A DNA stretch of 64,000 bases from Thainema sp. (lineage in GTDB: Bacteria > Cyanobacteriota > Cyanobacteriia > Phormidesmidales > Phormidesmidaceae): positions 1-64,000 of the forward strand of contig JBQLZK010000041.1 in assembly GCA_052168235.1 (NCBI GenBank), given 5' to 3'. Below, one piece after another: positions 48,242 to 57,798 of this stretch (its first letter is position 1; each line of letters opens with the position of its first letter). The notes under the pieces were generated by a model. That model saw only the letters and a program-made list of their open reading frames with translations, ran no database searches and was not told the origin of the DNA. The position numbers were made by a program, and so were the translations under genes.

Positions 48242-49555
48242 GTGACTGTTAAACAGCCCATATCACTCCGAACCGTCAATCCCGACGAGTTCTTGCCGCC
48301 CATCTCTCGCTGGTCGAAACTGGGTGGTGTCGCCTTGCTTGGCGTCTTTGGTGGCGTTCTGACCTTTGCGGCGTTGTTCAAATACAACGTCACTGTCAAG
48401 GCTCCAGCTGTTATTCGTCCCGCCGGAGACTTGCGCGTCGTTCAAGCTGCAACCGCAGGCACCGTCACCGAAATCATCGCGCAGGCCAATCAAACTGTGC
48501 AGCAGGGCGATGCGATCGCAGTTCTCGATGACACCGCCCAACAAACCCAAAAGCGTCAGCTTGACATCACCATTGATCAACTCCAGACCCAAATTCAGCA
48601 AGCTAGCCAACAGTTAACTGCACTTGAGAATCAAATCACCGCTGAACAATCTCGGCTTGCGGGTGCGATCGCAGGTGCAGAAGCGGAACTGAAACTGGCC
48701 CAGCGGCAATATCAGGATCAAGATGCGATCGCGCAGGCCAATGTACGCGAGGCAGAAGCTGCTGTGAAATTTGCGGAAGAGGAGCTAAATCGGTTTCGCC
48801 AATTAGCGAATACCGGTGCTGTCGCCGATCTGCAAATTGAAGAGAAAGCGGCGGCGCTGGAGACGGCTCAGGCTCGTTTGGAGCGTGCCCGAGCGGCCCT
48901 GAACCCCACTGCGGCTGAAGTTGAACAGTCACAGCAATCTGTGGCCCAAGCGATCGCAAATCGTGATGCTACTCTGGCTCAACTAGCGCAAACTCGGCAG
49001 CAAATTCAGCAGCAGCAGGCCGATCTGCAAGACCAACTGCTGAATCGCCAGCAAGACCTCCGGCAGCTGGAAACAGATTTGAGCCAAGTGATTATCCGTA
49101 GTCCGATAGATGGCATTGTGCAAACAATGGACTTACGCAACTCGCAGCAGGTCGTGCAGGTCGGCGACATCATTGGCTATATTTCACCAACTCAAACCGA
49201 GCTAGAGATCAAGGCTGCGGTCAGTCAAGCCCACATTAGCCAGGTGGAAATCGGTCAAACCGTACAGATGCGGATTGATAGCTGTTCCTATCCTGACTAT
49301 GGAGTAGCTGCGGGAGTGGTAAGTGCGATCGCACCCGATGCTCACGTTCAGAACTCAGATAGGCCCGATGGCACGAGTTCATCCACCGCCGCCGTTTACG
49401 ACGTGACGATCCAACCCCAGCAGCTAACACTACATACCACCTATCAAACCTGCACTCTGCAAGCGGGGATGCAGGGCAGAGCAGATATCATCACTCGGCA
49501 AGAGACGATGCTGCGACTGATCTTCCGCAAATTACGGTTATTCGTCGATCAGTAG
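48242..49555 (+). CDS. HlyD family membrane-fusion (secretion) protein
   Basis: N-terminal DEFLPPISRW + TM helix, coiled coil, IRSPIDG, YPDYG..G.V..IAPDA. Confidence 0.9.
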   Translation: MTVKQPISLRTVNPDEFLPPISRWSKLGGVALLGVFGGVLTFAALFKYNVTVKAPAVIRPAGDLRVVQAATAGTVTEIIAQANQTVQQGDAIAVLDDTAQQTQKRQLDITIDQLQTQIQQASQQLTALENQITAEQSRLAGAIAGAEAELKLAQRQYQDQDAIAQANVREAEAAVKFAEEELNRFRQLANTGAVADLQIEEKAAALETAQARLERARAALNPTAAEVEQSQQSVAQAIANRDATLAQLAQTRQQIQQQQADLQDQLLNRQQDLRQLETDLSQVIIRSPIDGIVQTMDLRNSQQVVQVGDIIGYISPTQTELEIKAAVSQAHISQVEIGQTVQMRIDSCSYPDYGVAAGVVSAIAPDAHVQNSDRPDGTSSSTAAVYDVTIQPQQLTLHTTYQTCTLQAGMQGRADIITRQETMLRLIFRKLRLFVDQ

Positions 49556-49705
49556 CTGGAAGTCCCCAGCTCATAACCAGCACAACAGAACGAGTAGTGT
49601 TTAAGTATTTATACTTCGGTTGATTTTTTTAGCGATTTAGGCCCAGACACAGCTTGCAGCATCTGTTGAGTATTAGTCTTAAAGTGGTTATTCCACTGTT
49701 GGACT

Positions 49706-52700
49706 ATGGCACATCCGTCCTCTCGCTACATTTGGCGACTGCTGCCAGTACTTGCGCTTCACGGCTGGTTTAGTCTCCTCACACCTGCTGTATTGGCTCA
49801 AATCACACCTGACAATACGCTGGGTGCCGAGTCATCCCGTGTCAGAACGGTGAATAACCGTCGCGATGTCATTGAGGGAGGAGCTGTTCGCGGCGCTCAT
49901 TTATTCCATAGTTTTGATGCATTTAATGTGAGGCAGGATCGAGCAGCTTATTTTGCGAACCCGGCTGGCACGCTGAATATTTTCTCACGGGTGACGGGTA
50001 ACAGCAGCTCGAACATTTTGGGCACTCTGGGGGTAGAAGGAACTGCTAATCTCTATCTGCTCAATCCTAACGGCATTGTATTTGGCCCGAATGCCCAGTT
50101 GGATGTCGCAGGTTCATTTGTGGCAAGTACAGCCAATCGACTCGTGTTTGACGATGGGCAGTTCTTCAGCGCGGTGGCTCCCAATCTTCCCCCACTGCTG
50201 CAAATCAACGTGACACCAGGATTGCAGTACAGCAATAACTTATCAGCCACGATTCGCAATCAGGGCAATTTGCAGGTAGGACAGAATTTAACGCTGGGAG
50301 CACAGCGGCTGGATCTAGATGGTTCATTAGCAGCAGGACGAGACATTGTTCTGCAAGGTTGGAGTCGTGATTTGGGCGATGCAGGCTATACGGTTGGTGG
50401 CTATCTCTTTACACAAGATTTGAGTGGGCAGGGAATTGATGTATTGATTCCCCATGAGAATACGATTTTGGCCAATGGTGATGTGCGATTTACGCAGAAC
50501 TATGCAGGTGAATCACTTTATGTCTTGGCTGGAGGGCAGGTAAGCCAGGTAACGGATGTGAATGACATCACAGTCACGGGAACTGTTGGTGGCCGCATCA
50601 CGGAGCAGATTGGTAACGGAACAGGTGGACTGCAGTTTGTAACGGTGGCGGCAACTGATCAACCGATGGTGGACATTCGGAGCGGTGTGAATTGGTTAAG
50701 TTTGCTGGATGAGTTACCAGGCAATTCAAATATAAGTGGATTACCCGTAACGTTTGGAGCGACTACAGGAAAAGGAATCGAGCTTGGCAATATCACGAAT
50801 CACGGAGGAAATATAGTACTTGTTTCAGCGCGGGATATTGTCACAAATAACTTGGATACATCTGTTTCTACATTTTCAGTTGATGAAGATATTCACGCAG
50901 AAAATGGAGGTGTAATTACATTATGGGCCGACGAAAATATCAAGTTAGGCAATTTAACTAGTTTTTCGTCTGCTGGCTCGGAGACGGGAGATATTATAGG
51001 TGGCGATGGAGGAACAATTCTGCTAGCGGCTGGAAATAATATTCATGTATTTCGTATTGATTCGTCGTGGGGCAGCCGAAATTGGTTGGATTTTTACACA
51101 ACCTCCGGTAATGTTACAGGTGGAAATGGTGGAAATGTTTCTTTTGCTGCAAATAACAATATTTATTCAGATTCTATCGTTGCATCATCGGAATCACTTT
51201 CAAGGTCACGCTCTGAACCCTTCAAGAGCAATGTCATAGGTGGTAATGGTGGTACTATTTCTATCTATGCTGGGAATAGCTTTGCTAATTCTTATTCTGT
51301 TGAATCATTATCCTCATCAATTTCATTTCTAGCGTCTGATATAGATTCTTTTACGGGTGATGTGACATGTGGAGATGGAGGAGATATTTCAATTCATACT
51401 GGATATGATCTTAGCTCTTCTTCTATTTATTCATCCTCATCTTCATCCTCATCATTATTTCAAAATCTGCATTTAGATTTAGATTCTTTTACTGGAGATG
51501 CTATAGGTGGAAGCGGCGGCAGAATTTCTCTGACCGCTGGCAATAATATTAACATTGGTTCTATCAGATCACGTTCATTCTCAGCTTCTGCTCTATATTC
51601 ACGCGATGATTATTCATTGGCCCATTATTCAGGCTTTTCTACTGGAGATGTAGTAGGGGGCAATAGCGGTCATATATTTCTTTCTGCTGATAACAATATT
51701 AATGCTGGCTCTATTGACTCTTTGTCAGACTCCTACTCCTCATCAGTTGTTGGAGATGTTACGGGAGGCAATGCGGGAGACGTGTTTCTTTCTGCTGGAA
51801 ACAACGTTATCCTTGGTTCTGTTAGCTCATCCTGGTCACGTCCGTATAATCCCCAGAATTGGTGGGAATTGAGATTTAACACAATCTCTGGAAATCTCAT
51901 TAGTGGCAGTGGGGGAGATGTTTCTATTTCTGCTGGACAAGATATTAATGCTTACAATGTAGATGCATCCACGTATGCGTATGCGTTCTCATATTCATTT
52001 GTACCCACTGGCAATATTAATAGCGGAGACGGTGGAGATATTGCCCTTACTGCTGGACGGAATATTGATGTTGATAATATTGGTGCGAGATCTGACACAC
52101 ACTCTGTTTCAAGATCAACGACTGGTAGTGTTGTGGGAGGAGATGGAGGAAATATTTCTCTTATTGCCGGAAGAAACATTATTACCTCTTATGAAGAGGA
52201 TATTTTTTGCTGTGGCGATTGTGAATTTTTTAACTCCTATAAGATTGACAACTCCTCGTATACAGAATCATTAACTGGCGATGTGATTGGTGGTAATGGA
52301 GGGGAGATATCTTTTGTTGCTGGTATAGATATTATTAATTCTGGCTCGATTGACTCAAGTTCTACATCCGAATCAAGAGCTGGCAATATTATAGGTGGTG
52401 ATGGGGGGAGGATTTCGCTCGCTGCCAAGAACGATATTACTAATTCCGGATTTATTTCATCGGCTGCGGATTCTGTTTCATGGCTGTTCCATTTCCTGGA
52501 CCCAAATTGGGTTTCTGGCGATGTAGTGGGAGGTGATGGTGGAGAGATTTTCCTTTCTGCTGGAAACAATGTCATCATCTCCGATTTTGTCTCCTCTGCT
52601 TCAAGTTCAACCTCTAATGCTGCTTCATATTCTGCATTAAGCTCGACTGCTGGAGATGTACTAGGAGGAGATGGAGGAACAATTTCGATGTCTGCTGGAA

Positions 52701-54697
52701 ATGATATCACTATCTCCAGTTTTACGTCTTCTGCTTCGTTGTCATCCTCAGACTCATATTCTGCCTTAGACTCAACTATCGGAGATATAGTGGGAGGAGA
52801 TGGGGGAACAATTTCGATGTCTGCTGGAAATGATATCAATACTGATTTGATTAATTCATTCTCTAGCTCAATATCTAATTCCTATTCTTATTCTGACTTG
52901 GCCTTTGCTACAGTGTCAGGAAATATTAAAGGTGGTAATGGAGGAACTACTGTTCTCTCTGCTAGCAACGATATTCAGCTTGAGTCTATTAACTCGTCTT
53001 CATCTGCGATCGCATCTTTGACCTCAGCGAACGGAACGATTATGGGAGGAAATGGAGGCGAGATCTCCATCTTTGCTGGTAGCGATATTGTAAGCTCCTA
53101 CGACATTGATTCCTCTTCATACTCAATCTCATTGTCTGGATATATTGCAGGTGGCAATGGCGGCGATATTACCATGACAGCGAATAGAGGAGCGATTTCT
53201 GGTTCTCAAGATTCAACGCTTCTGTCCTTTGCTGCCACTGAAGGGGGAATATCAGGAAATGGTGGAAATGTGAAAATTTCCGCTAATACCCAAATTCGAG
53301 ACCTCGCAATTCTGACTATGTCATCTTCTGCCCAATCAGGTGTTGTTCAAATTACTGGGCTTGGTGAAAATTTTAGTCTTCTGAATACCTCCATCACTGA
53401 TCAACTCCAACCCATCGATATCGCAAGTTTCTTTTCGGAACCTGTGACTATTTCAGTCGTTGAAGAAGGTCAGTCTGCTGGTGTTCATATTCTTGGGACA
53501 GGTAATCTTGCTTTTATTAATAGTTCTGTTTTGAGTAACGTCAATGGTGATGAATCAGCAGGCAACATTACCGTTACTAGCCCAGGTTTGATGACCTTTG
53601 ACAATAGCTTGATTAATACCAGCACTCGCAGCTCTGGCCAAGCCGCTAGTATTACGTTAAATGCCCAAGATCTGATCATTCGTAATGGGTCGGCAGTTGT
53701 GACCAACACCTCCAGCAGCGGCGATGCAGGCGACATTAAATTCAACGTTAGCAGTGCGATCGCAATTGACGATAGCACAGTCGCCGCTACAACAACTGTG
53801 GGCTCAACAGGGGACAGTGGCGACATTAATATTGATCCGATACTGACTCAAATTCGAAATGGCGGTCGCATTGAAATCAGCTCTGTAGGGCAAGGGCAGA
53901 GTGGCAATATCCTAATGACCTCTGGCGCTCTCTTTCTTGATCACGGATTTATTACAACCACAACTGCATCTGGCGATGGCGGTAACATCGAATTGAATAT
54001 TCAAGATCTTTTGTTCATGGATAACACCAGTCTGATTGCGACCAGTGCCGGAACGGCAGCAGCAGGAGGCGATGGTGGCAACATTACCATTGATATTCCA
54101 ACTGGTTTTTTGGTCGCTCCAGTGGGGACTGATAGCGATATCGTGGCGCAAGCCTATGAAGGGATCGGCGGCAATATCAATATTGCGGCTCGGGGGATCT
54201 ACGGCTTTGTCGAACAGCCCGCAGCGCGTGGCAACGACACAAACGACATTGATGCTAGTTCTCAGTTGAATCAAAGCGACATCATTAGCACTGATAATCT
54301 GTGGGTTGGCTTTGGTCAGGATGCCGTGGAACCAACTGCCAATGTCCTTGAAACTGGGCGACTCATTGATCAGAGCTGCCAAGTGAACTCTCGTCAAAAG
54401 TTCAGTCGTTTTGTATCTACGGATCACGGTGAATTGTCGCCGATATCTGAGGAGAGCGTCCAGAACACCCATGAATTTGGGGATAATTTAGAATCATCGG
54501 TTCAAACGACCGAGAATCATGAGCTGTCTGCTTTGAACCATTCTCCTAATAACGAGGTTGAGTCTTCATCAAGTGCATCTTCAATCGTGGAAGCACAAGC
54601 GTGGGTACGCAACGCCAACGGTCAACTCATTCTTCATTCTCCTGCCGCAAGCACGAATGCTCAACGCATCAAGCTTTTTACAGTCACTTGTCAGTAG
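49706..54697 (+). CDS. Filamentous haemagglutinin-family exoprotein with glycine-rich repeats
   Basis: AQITPDNTLG, LFHSF..FNV, LLNPNGIVFG; many GGNGG/GGDGG.I.L.AGN repeats; C-terminal IVEAQAW. Confidence 0.9.
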   Translation: MAHPSSRYIWRLLPVLALHGWFSLLTPAVLAQITPDNTLGAESSRVRTVNNRRDVIEGGAVRGAHLFHSFDAFNVRQDRAAYFANPAGTLNIFSRVTGNSSSNILGTLGVEGTANLYLLNPNGIVFGPNAQLDVAGSFVASTANRLVFDDGQFFSAVAPNLPPLLQINVTPGLQYSNNLSATIRNQGNLQVGQNLTLGAQRLDLDGSLAAGRDIVLQGWSRDLGDAGYTVGGYLFTQDLSGQGIDVLIPHENTILANGDVRFTQNYAGESLYVLAGGQVSQVTDVNDITVTGTVGGRITEQIGNGTGGLQFVTVAATDQPMVDIRSGVNWLSLLDELPGNSNISGLPVTFGATTGKGIELGNITNHGGNIVLVSARDIVTNNLDTSVSTFSVDEDIHAENGGVITLWADENIKLGNLTSFSSAGSETGDIIGGDGGTILLAAGNNIHVFRIDSSWGSRNWLDFYTTSGNVTGGNGGNVSFAANNNIYSDSIVASSESLSRSRSEPFKSNVIGGNGGTISIYAGNSFANSYSVESLSSSISFLASDIDSFTGDVTCGDGGDISIHTGYDLSSSSIYSSSSSSSSLFQNLHLDLDSFTGDAIGGSGGRISLTAGNNINIGSIRSRSFSASALYSRDDYSLAHYSGFSTGDVVGGNSGHIFLSADNNINAGSIDSLSDSYSSSVVGDVTGGNAGDVFLSAGNNVILGSVSSSWSRPYNPQNWWELRFNTISGNLISGSGGDVSISAGQDINAYNVDASTYAYAFSYSFVPTGNINSGDGGDIALTAGRNIDVDNIGARSDTHSVSRSTTGSVVGGDGGNISLIAGRNIITSYEEDIFCCGDCEFFNSYKIDNSSYTESLTGDVIGGNGGEISFVAGIDIINSGSIDSSSTSESRAGNIIGGDGGRISLAAKNDITNSGFISSAADSVSWLFHFLDPNWVSGDVVGGDGGEIFLSAGNNVIISDFVSSASSSTSNAASYSALSSTAGDVLGGDGGTISMSAGNDITISSFTSSASLSSSDSYSALDSTIGDIVGGDGGTISMSAGNDINTDLINSFSSSISNSYSYSDLAFATVSGNIKGGNGGTTVLSASNDIQLESINSSSSAIASLTSANGTIMGGNGGEISIFAGSDIVSSYDIDSSSYSISLSGYIAGGNGGDITMTANRGAISGSQDSTLLSFAATEGGISGNGGNVKISANTQIRDLAILTMSSSAQSGVVQITGLGENFSLLNTSITDQLQPIDIASFFSEPVTISVVEEGQSAGVHILGTGNLAFINSSVLSNVNGDESAGNITVTSPGLMTFDNSLINTSTRSSGQAASITLNAQDLIIRNGSAVVTNTSSSGDAGDIKFNVSSAIAIDDSTVAATTTVGSTGDSGDINIDPILTQIRNGGRIEISSVGQGQSGNILMTSGALFLDHGFITTTTASGDGGNIELNIQDLLFMDNTSLIATSAGTAAAGGDGGNITIDIPTGFLVAPVGTDSDIVAQAYEGIGGNINIAARGIYGFVEQPAARGNDTNDIDASSQLNQSDIISTDNLWVGFGQDAVEPTANVLETGRLIDQSCQVNSRQKFSRFVSTDHGELSPISEESVQNTHEFGDNLESSVQTTENHELSALNHSPNNEVESSSSASSIVEAQAWVRNANGQLILHSPAASTNAQRIKLFTVTCQ

Positions 54698-54707
54698 GGT
54701 CGTGAAA

Positions 54708-54798
54708 TATAGCGGTTCGAGATAAGAGAGAGGAGAGTGCCTCATGATGAGGCACTCTCCTCTCTCTTATTTTCTCACTCTTAACTGGAATCACGATA
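54708..54798. repeat. Hairpin repeat family B, copy 2
   Basis: ATAAGAGAGAGGAGAGTGCCTCAT-G-ATGAGGCACTCTCCTCTCTCTTAT stem; shares its 3' tract with 37520..37548. Confidence 0.75.
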
Positions 54799-54895
54799 AG
54801 ATTTGGAATCCGCAGTCCGGTTAAACCCCGATGATTGATTGGTGTGAAAAGTTGGCTTGGGCCAACCTTTCACACCAATCAGTGGTTCTTATACA

Positions 54896-54996
54896 CTCAC
54901 ATCTTGCACCAAAACCCAGAAGGGTTGTTTTGCCGCCGCATCGCGGTGGCAAAACAACCTCTTCGGGTTCTCAAAGTGCAAGGTGCAAGATATGAG
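54896..54996. mobile_element. MITE family A, copy 2 (101 bp, TSD ATACA)
   Basis: CTCACATCTTGCACC..GGTGCAAGATATGAG with ATACA on both sides. Confidence 0.82.
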
Positions 54997-55205
54997 ATAC
55001 ACGGATTTGAATAAGTCTCGCTACCCGTCAAATGCTATCAAGAGTACCCACGACGGGTCTATTGATTTGGTAGTTTTCCTCACATAATGAAGGCAGCTAA
55101 ATTTAGCGGCTCCCATTTGCAGGTTGTAAATGGAGTTTGAAGTGGGTATTTTGTTGGCGCACACGGCAGCAAAATACCCCTTCTTGTTTTGGCGCGACTA
55201 TGTGA

Positions 55206-56120
55206 TTAGAACGCTGCTGCTCTAGACTGCACAACTTGTAATAGATCCCGGTGAATCTCGGGAGAGGCGGCAATCAGTAGGCCGGGGCGCTGATATTGAT
55301 TGCTTGTGCAGAGCGGTGGTGGTGCGCTGCCGTCCCAGGTGGTGACGATTCCTCCAGCTTCCTGGGCCAAAAATGCGATCGCAGCACTGTCAATAAACTT
55401 ACCGTTTTCGAGTACCGAGCCACAGAGCTGACCGCTCAGAATGTCGGTATGGTTTGGAATTTGCTGCTCAGCTGAGTAATCAACGGACAGACATAGCGCC
55501 TGATAGCGGTCAGAGAGGGCCGTATAGATATCGGATTCCATATCGCGAGTGAGATAAACGGTGTTGCTGGTGGTGCTGAGATGAAACGTTAGACAATCTT
55601 CCAGCGCATTAGCAAACGTGCCGCGATAGGCTCCCTCGCCTCGGAATGCGTAGTAGTAAATATCTTGGGCTGGAAAAAGTGCGATCGCGGCTTCATATTC
55701 ATCCCGATTCAGAATGGTCAAAATCACACAGTAGTTGGCATGACCATCTAGATAAAACCGAGTGCCGTCAATCGGATCGAGTGTGATCAGGTAATCATCT
55801 GGCTCGCCCAGTGTAATAGCCCGAAAATATTTGGTGTTGTAGGATTTCTCGTACTCTTCGCCAAAGAAGCGCACGTCCGGAAACGTCCCTAACAGCGCCA
55901 CTTCGATCATGGTTTGCACGGATAGATCGGCATCGCTGAGGGCAGCGGCAAAGATATTGTCGTAGTCTTTACTCGGTTGCGCCCTAATGTGGGGCTGGAT
56001 CTGCTGAGCATAGCGAGCGGCTAGCTTCAATGTGGGCAGAAGAGTTGCAAGAATCTCGCGGGGAGTCGGCTGTTGAGACATGGTTAGCGCTGACGCTATC
56101 AAACGTAATAAAGAGTTCAA
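55206..56120 (-). CDS. Inositol monophosphatase family protein (start probably 56081)
   Basis: ADLSVQ, FGEE, LDPIDGT, D.AA..LAQEAGG.VT..DG. Confidence 0.88.
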   Translation of the reverse strand: MNSLLRLIASALTMSQQPTPREILATLLPTLKLAARYAQQIQPHIRAQPSKDYDNIFAAALSDADLSVQTMIEVALLGTFPDVRFFGEEYEKSYNTKYFRAITLGEPDDYLITLDPIDGTRFYLDGHANYCVILTILNRDEYEAAIALFPAQDIYYYAFRGEGAYRGTFANALEDCLTFHLSTTSNTVYLTRDMESDIYTALSDRYQALCLSVDYSAEQQIPNHTDILSGQLCGSVLENGKFIDSAAIAFLAQEAGGIVTTWDGSAPPPLCTSNQYQRPGLLIAASPEIHRDLLQVVQSRAAAF

Positions 56121-56310
56121 GCTATCTTTAGCGTAAATCGGCCATTATCGCCATCCCCCCCAAAGCATTTTGTGTGATCTGTGTCTCCGATTTAGGTCAC
56201 AATCGGTCACGCGTCTTGCCAAAATCTATCACGCCTCGAAACCTGTGGCGGTCACGGAGAAAACCATCTCAGCCATCGATACTAATAGTATCGAGTTTCA
56301 CCGTTTTGTC

Positions 56311-56526
56311 ATGGCTGCTTCCCTCGTTCTCCCCGGCGCAATTGCTGAACTGTTTGCTCAAGCGACCCAATCGGGTCAGCTCACTCAAGCCGATCGCTAC
56401 GGCATTGCCGCCGCGCTATTATCCGGCGACCTGAGTGAGGAAGAGCAGAGTTCAATTAATCGTCTACTGCGAGCTGTCAAGCGGCAGCGAATCATGCTCA
56501 GCCAAGAGCTATCGGTTGTGCTGTAA
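56311..56526 (+). CDS. Small cyanobacterial-type hypothetical protein
   Basis: MAASLVLPGAIAELFAQ..GQLTQADRYGIAAALL..LSEEEQSSINRLLRAVKR; followed by a terminator. Confidence 0.75.
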   Translation: MAASLVLPGAIAELFAQATQSGQLTQADRYGIAAALLSGDLSEEEQSSINRLLRAVKRQRIMLSQELSVVL

Positions 56527-56573
56527 AGGACGCAGTTCCTGAAATTCGTCATCTCATCTCCTCAACTGATCTG

Positions 56574-56601
56574 GACTCAACCGCAAGGTTGAGTCTTTTT
56601 T
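56574..56601 (+). terminator. Intrinsic terminator
   Basis: GACTCAACC-GCAA-GGTTGAGTC followed by TTTTTT. Confidence 0.85.
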
Positions 56602-56624
56602 ATCCCAAATCTGGAGAATGCCAT

Positions 56625-56975
56625 GTAGGGGGAAATGGCTATTTGCCCTTCAGGTAGGGTTACGCCAATGTCCTTAGTTGTGTATATCTGAACCCATCGA
56701 CATTGGGTAGGGGCGAATGCCGTTTAGGTGAGACATTAGGGTAAGACTCACATCTTGCACCAAAACAACCCTTCGGGTTCTCAAAGTGCAAAGTGCAAGA
56801 TATGAGTAAGATAAATATCATTTAGGAAGGCGGATTTAATAAGGTGAAATCTTTGAGGTAGGGACACGGCAATGCCGTGTCCCTACAGATGAAACGGTTT
56901 ACAGGTTATTTAATCCACAATCCTTAGGTAAGGGCGAATGCCATTTAGGTGAGGGCGAATGCCATTCGCCCCTAC
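56625..56975. repeat. Cluster of GTAG-type REP elements
   Basis: GTAGGGGGAAATGGC.. (56625), GTAGGGGCGAATGCC (56707), GTAGGGACACGGCAATGCCGTGTCCCTAC (56858), GTAAGGGCGAATGCC..TTCGCCCCTAC (56928). Confidence 0.78.
56747..56806. mobile_element. MITE family A, copy 3 (60 bp, TSD TAAGA)
   Basis: CTCACATCTTGCAC..GTGCAAGATATGAG with TAAGA on both sides. Confidence 0.82.
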
Positions 56976-57451
56976 TGGGAAATGCGGAAGAATATGATTG
57001 AAGGACGGCCAAGCGGTTCTCCGGTTTCAGGATCGAGAAAGGTTTCGGTTAGCGTTTGGGTCGCTGCGTCGTAGGTGTAGCGCACGCTAAACGAGCGATC
57101 GCCGCTCTCGGCTGTCTCTCCTGCCTGACAGTCTAACTCCAGTGTTCCTTGTAGTGACTCTTGCTCGACCTGCACTCTGGAAATGCCCACTGCTGGATCG
57201 CCATAGCCACAAGGGCCGTGCCAAGTATCGCGACCAATCACCTTAAAGCCTGAGCCATCCGGTACGATGGAGCGGATCGAGTGGCCACCATCGACTTCGT
57301 CTACGCCTTGCCACAGACCGATGTAGATTTCCGCTGGTGTAAGGTGTTCCTGGGCTGACAGAGACTCACAGCCCAGCAGCGCTGTAGCCGTGGTGACGAC
57401 ACCGACCAAACCTGCGATCGCACTCTTGGCAATATTGACTGTATTATTCAC
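56972..57451 (-). CDS. Hypothetical exported protein (possible lipoprotein)
   Basis: Hydrophobic N-terminus with LLGC; GLWQGVDEVDG. Confidence 0.7.
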   Translation of the reverse strand: MNNTVNIAKSAIAGLVGVVTTATALLGCESLSAQEHLTPAEIYIGLWQGVDEVDGGHSIRSIVPDGSGFKVIGRDTWHGPCGYGDPAVGISRVQVEQESLQGTLELDCQAGETAESGDRSFSVRYTYDAATQTLTETFLDPETGEPLGRPSIIFFRISQ

Positions 57452-57663
57452 AAGTTCTATTCTCCTTATCCTGATCCATCCTGATCCAATGTGAAATTAT
57501 CTTTCTGGTAGGGCTGCAAGATATACGTCGCGCAACATTTCATGAGGTCGCCGGATTCATTTGCATACAATAGATTTACTCATATCTTGTATAGCGGTAG
57601 TTGGCTGATATGGAATGCAAGATGGGAGATTACATCAAGTCTGTTTATCAGAAGCCAATTTAT

Positions 57664-57707
57664 TTTTTGTGAAACGTTTGCTCCACAAACGTTTCACAAA
57701 AAATAAA
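57664..57707. repeat. AT-rich hairpin (MITE/REP-like)
   Basis: TTTTTGTGAAACGTTTG-CTCCA-CAAACGTTTCACAAAAA. Confidence 0.6.
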
Positions 57708-57798
57708 CTATGGGTTTTCAACCAGATTTGGAGATTAACCAGATATGGCGGGGTGCGCAATCGGAGTGATATGCGATCGCAACTGGAGGTTAACTACA

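Noticed and set aside
52237..54472. Antisense ORFs 52237..52839, 53485..53826 and 53912..54472
   Set aside because: Shadow frames of the repetitive FHA gene.
49706..54697. Diversity-generating retroelement target
   Set aside because: No reverse transcriptase and no TR/VR pair differing only at adenines is visible; the variation includes length changes.
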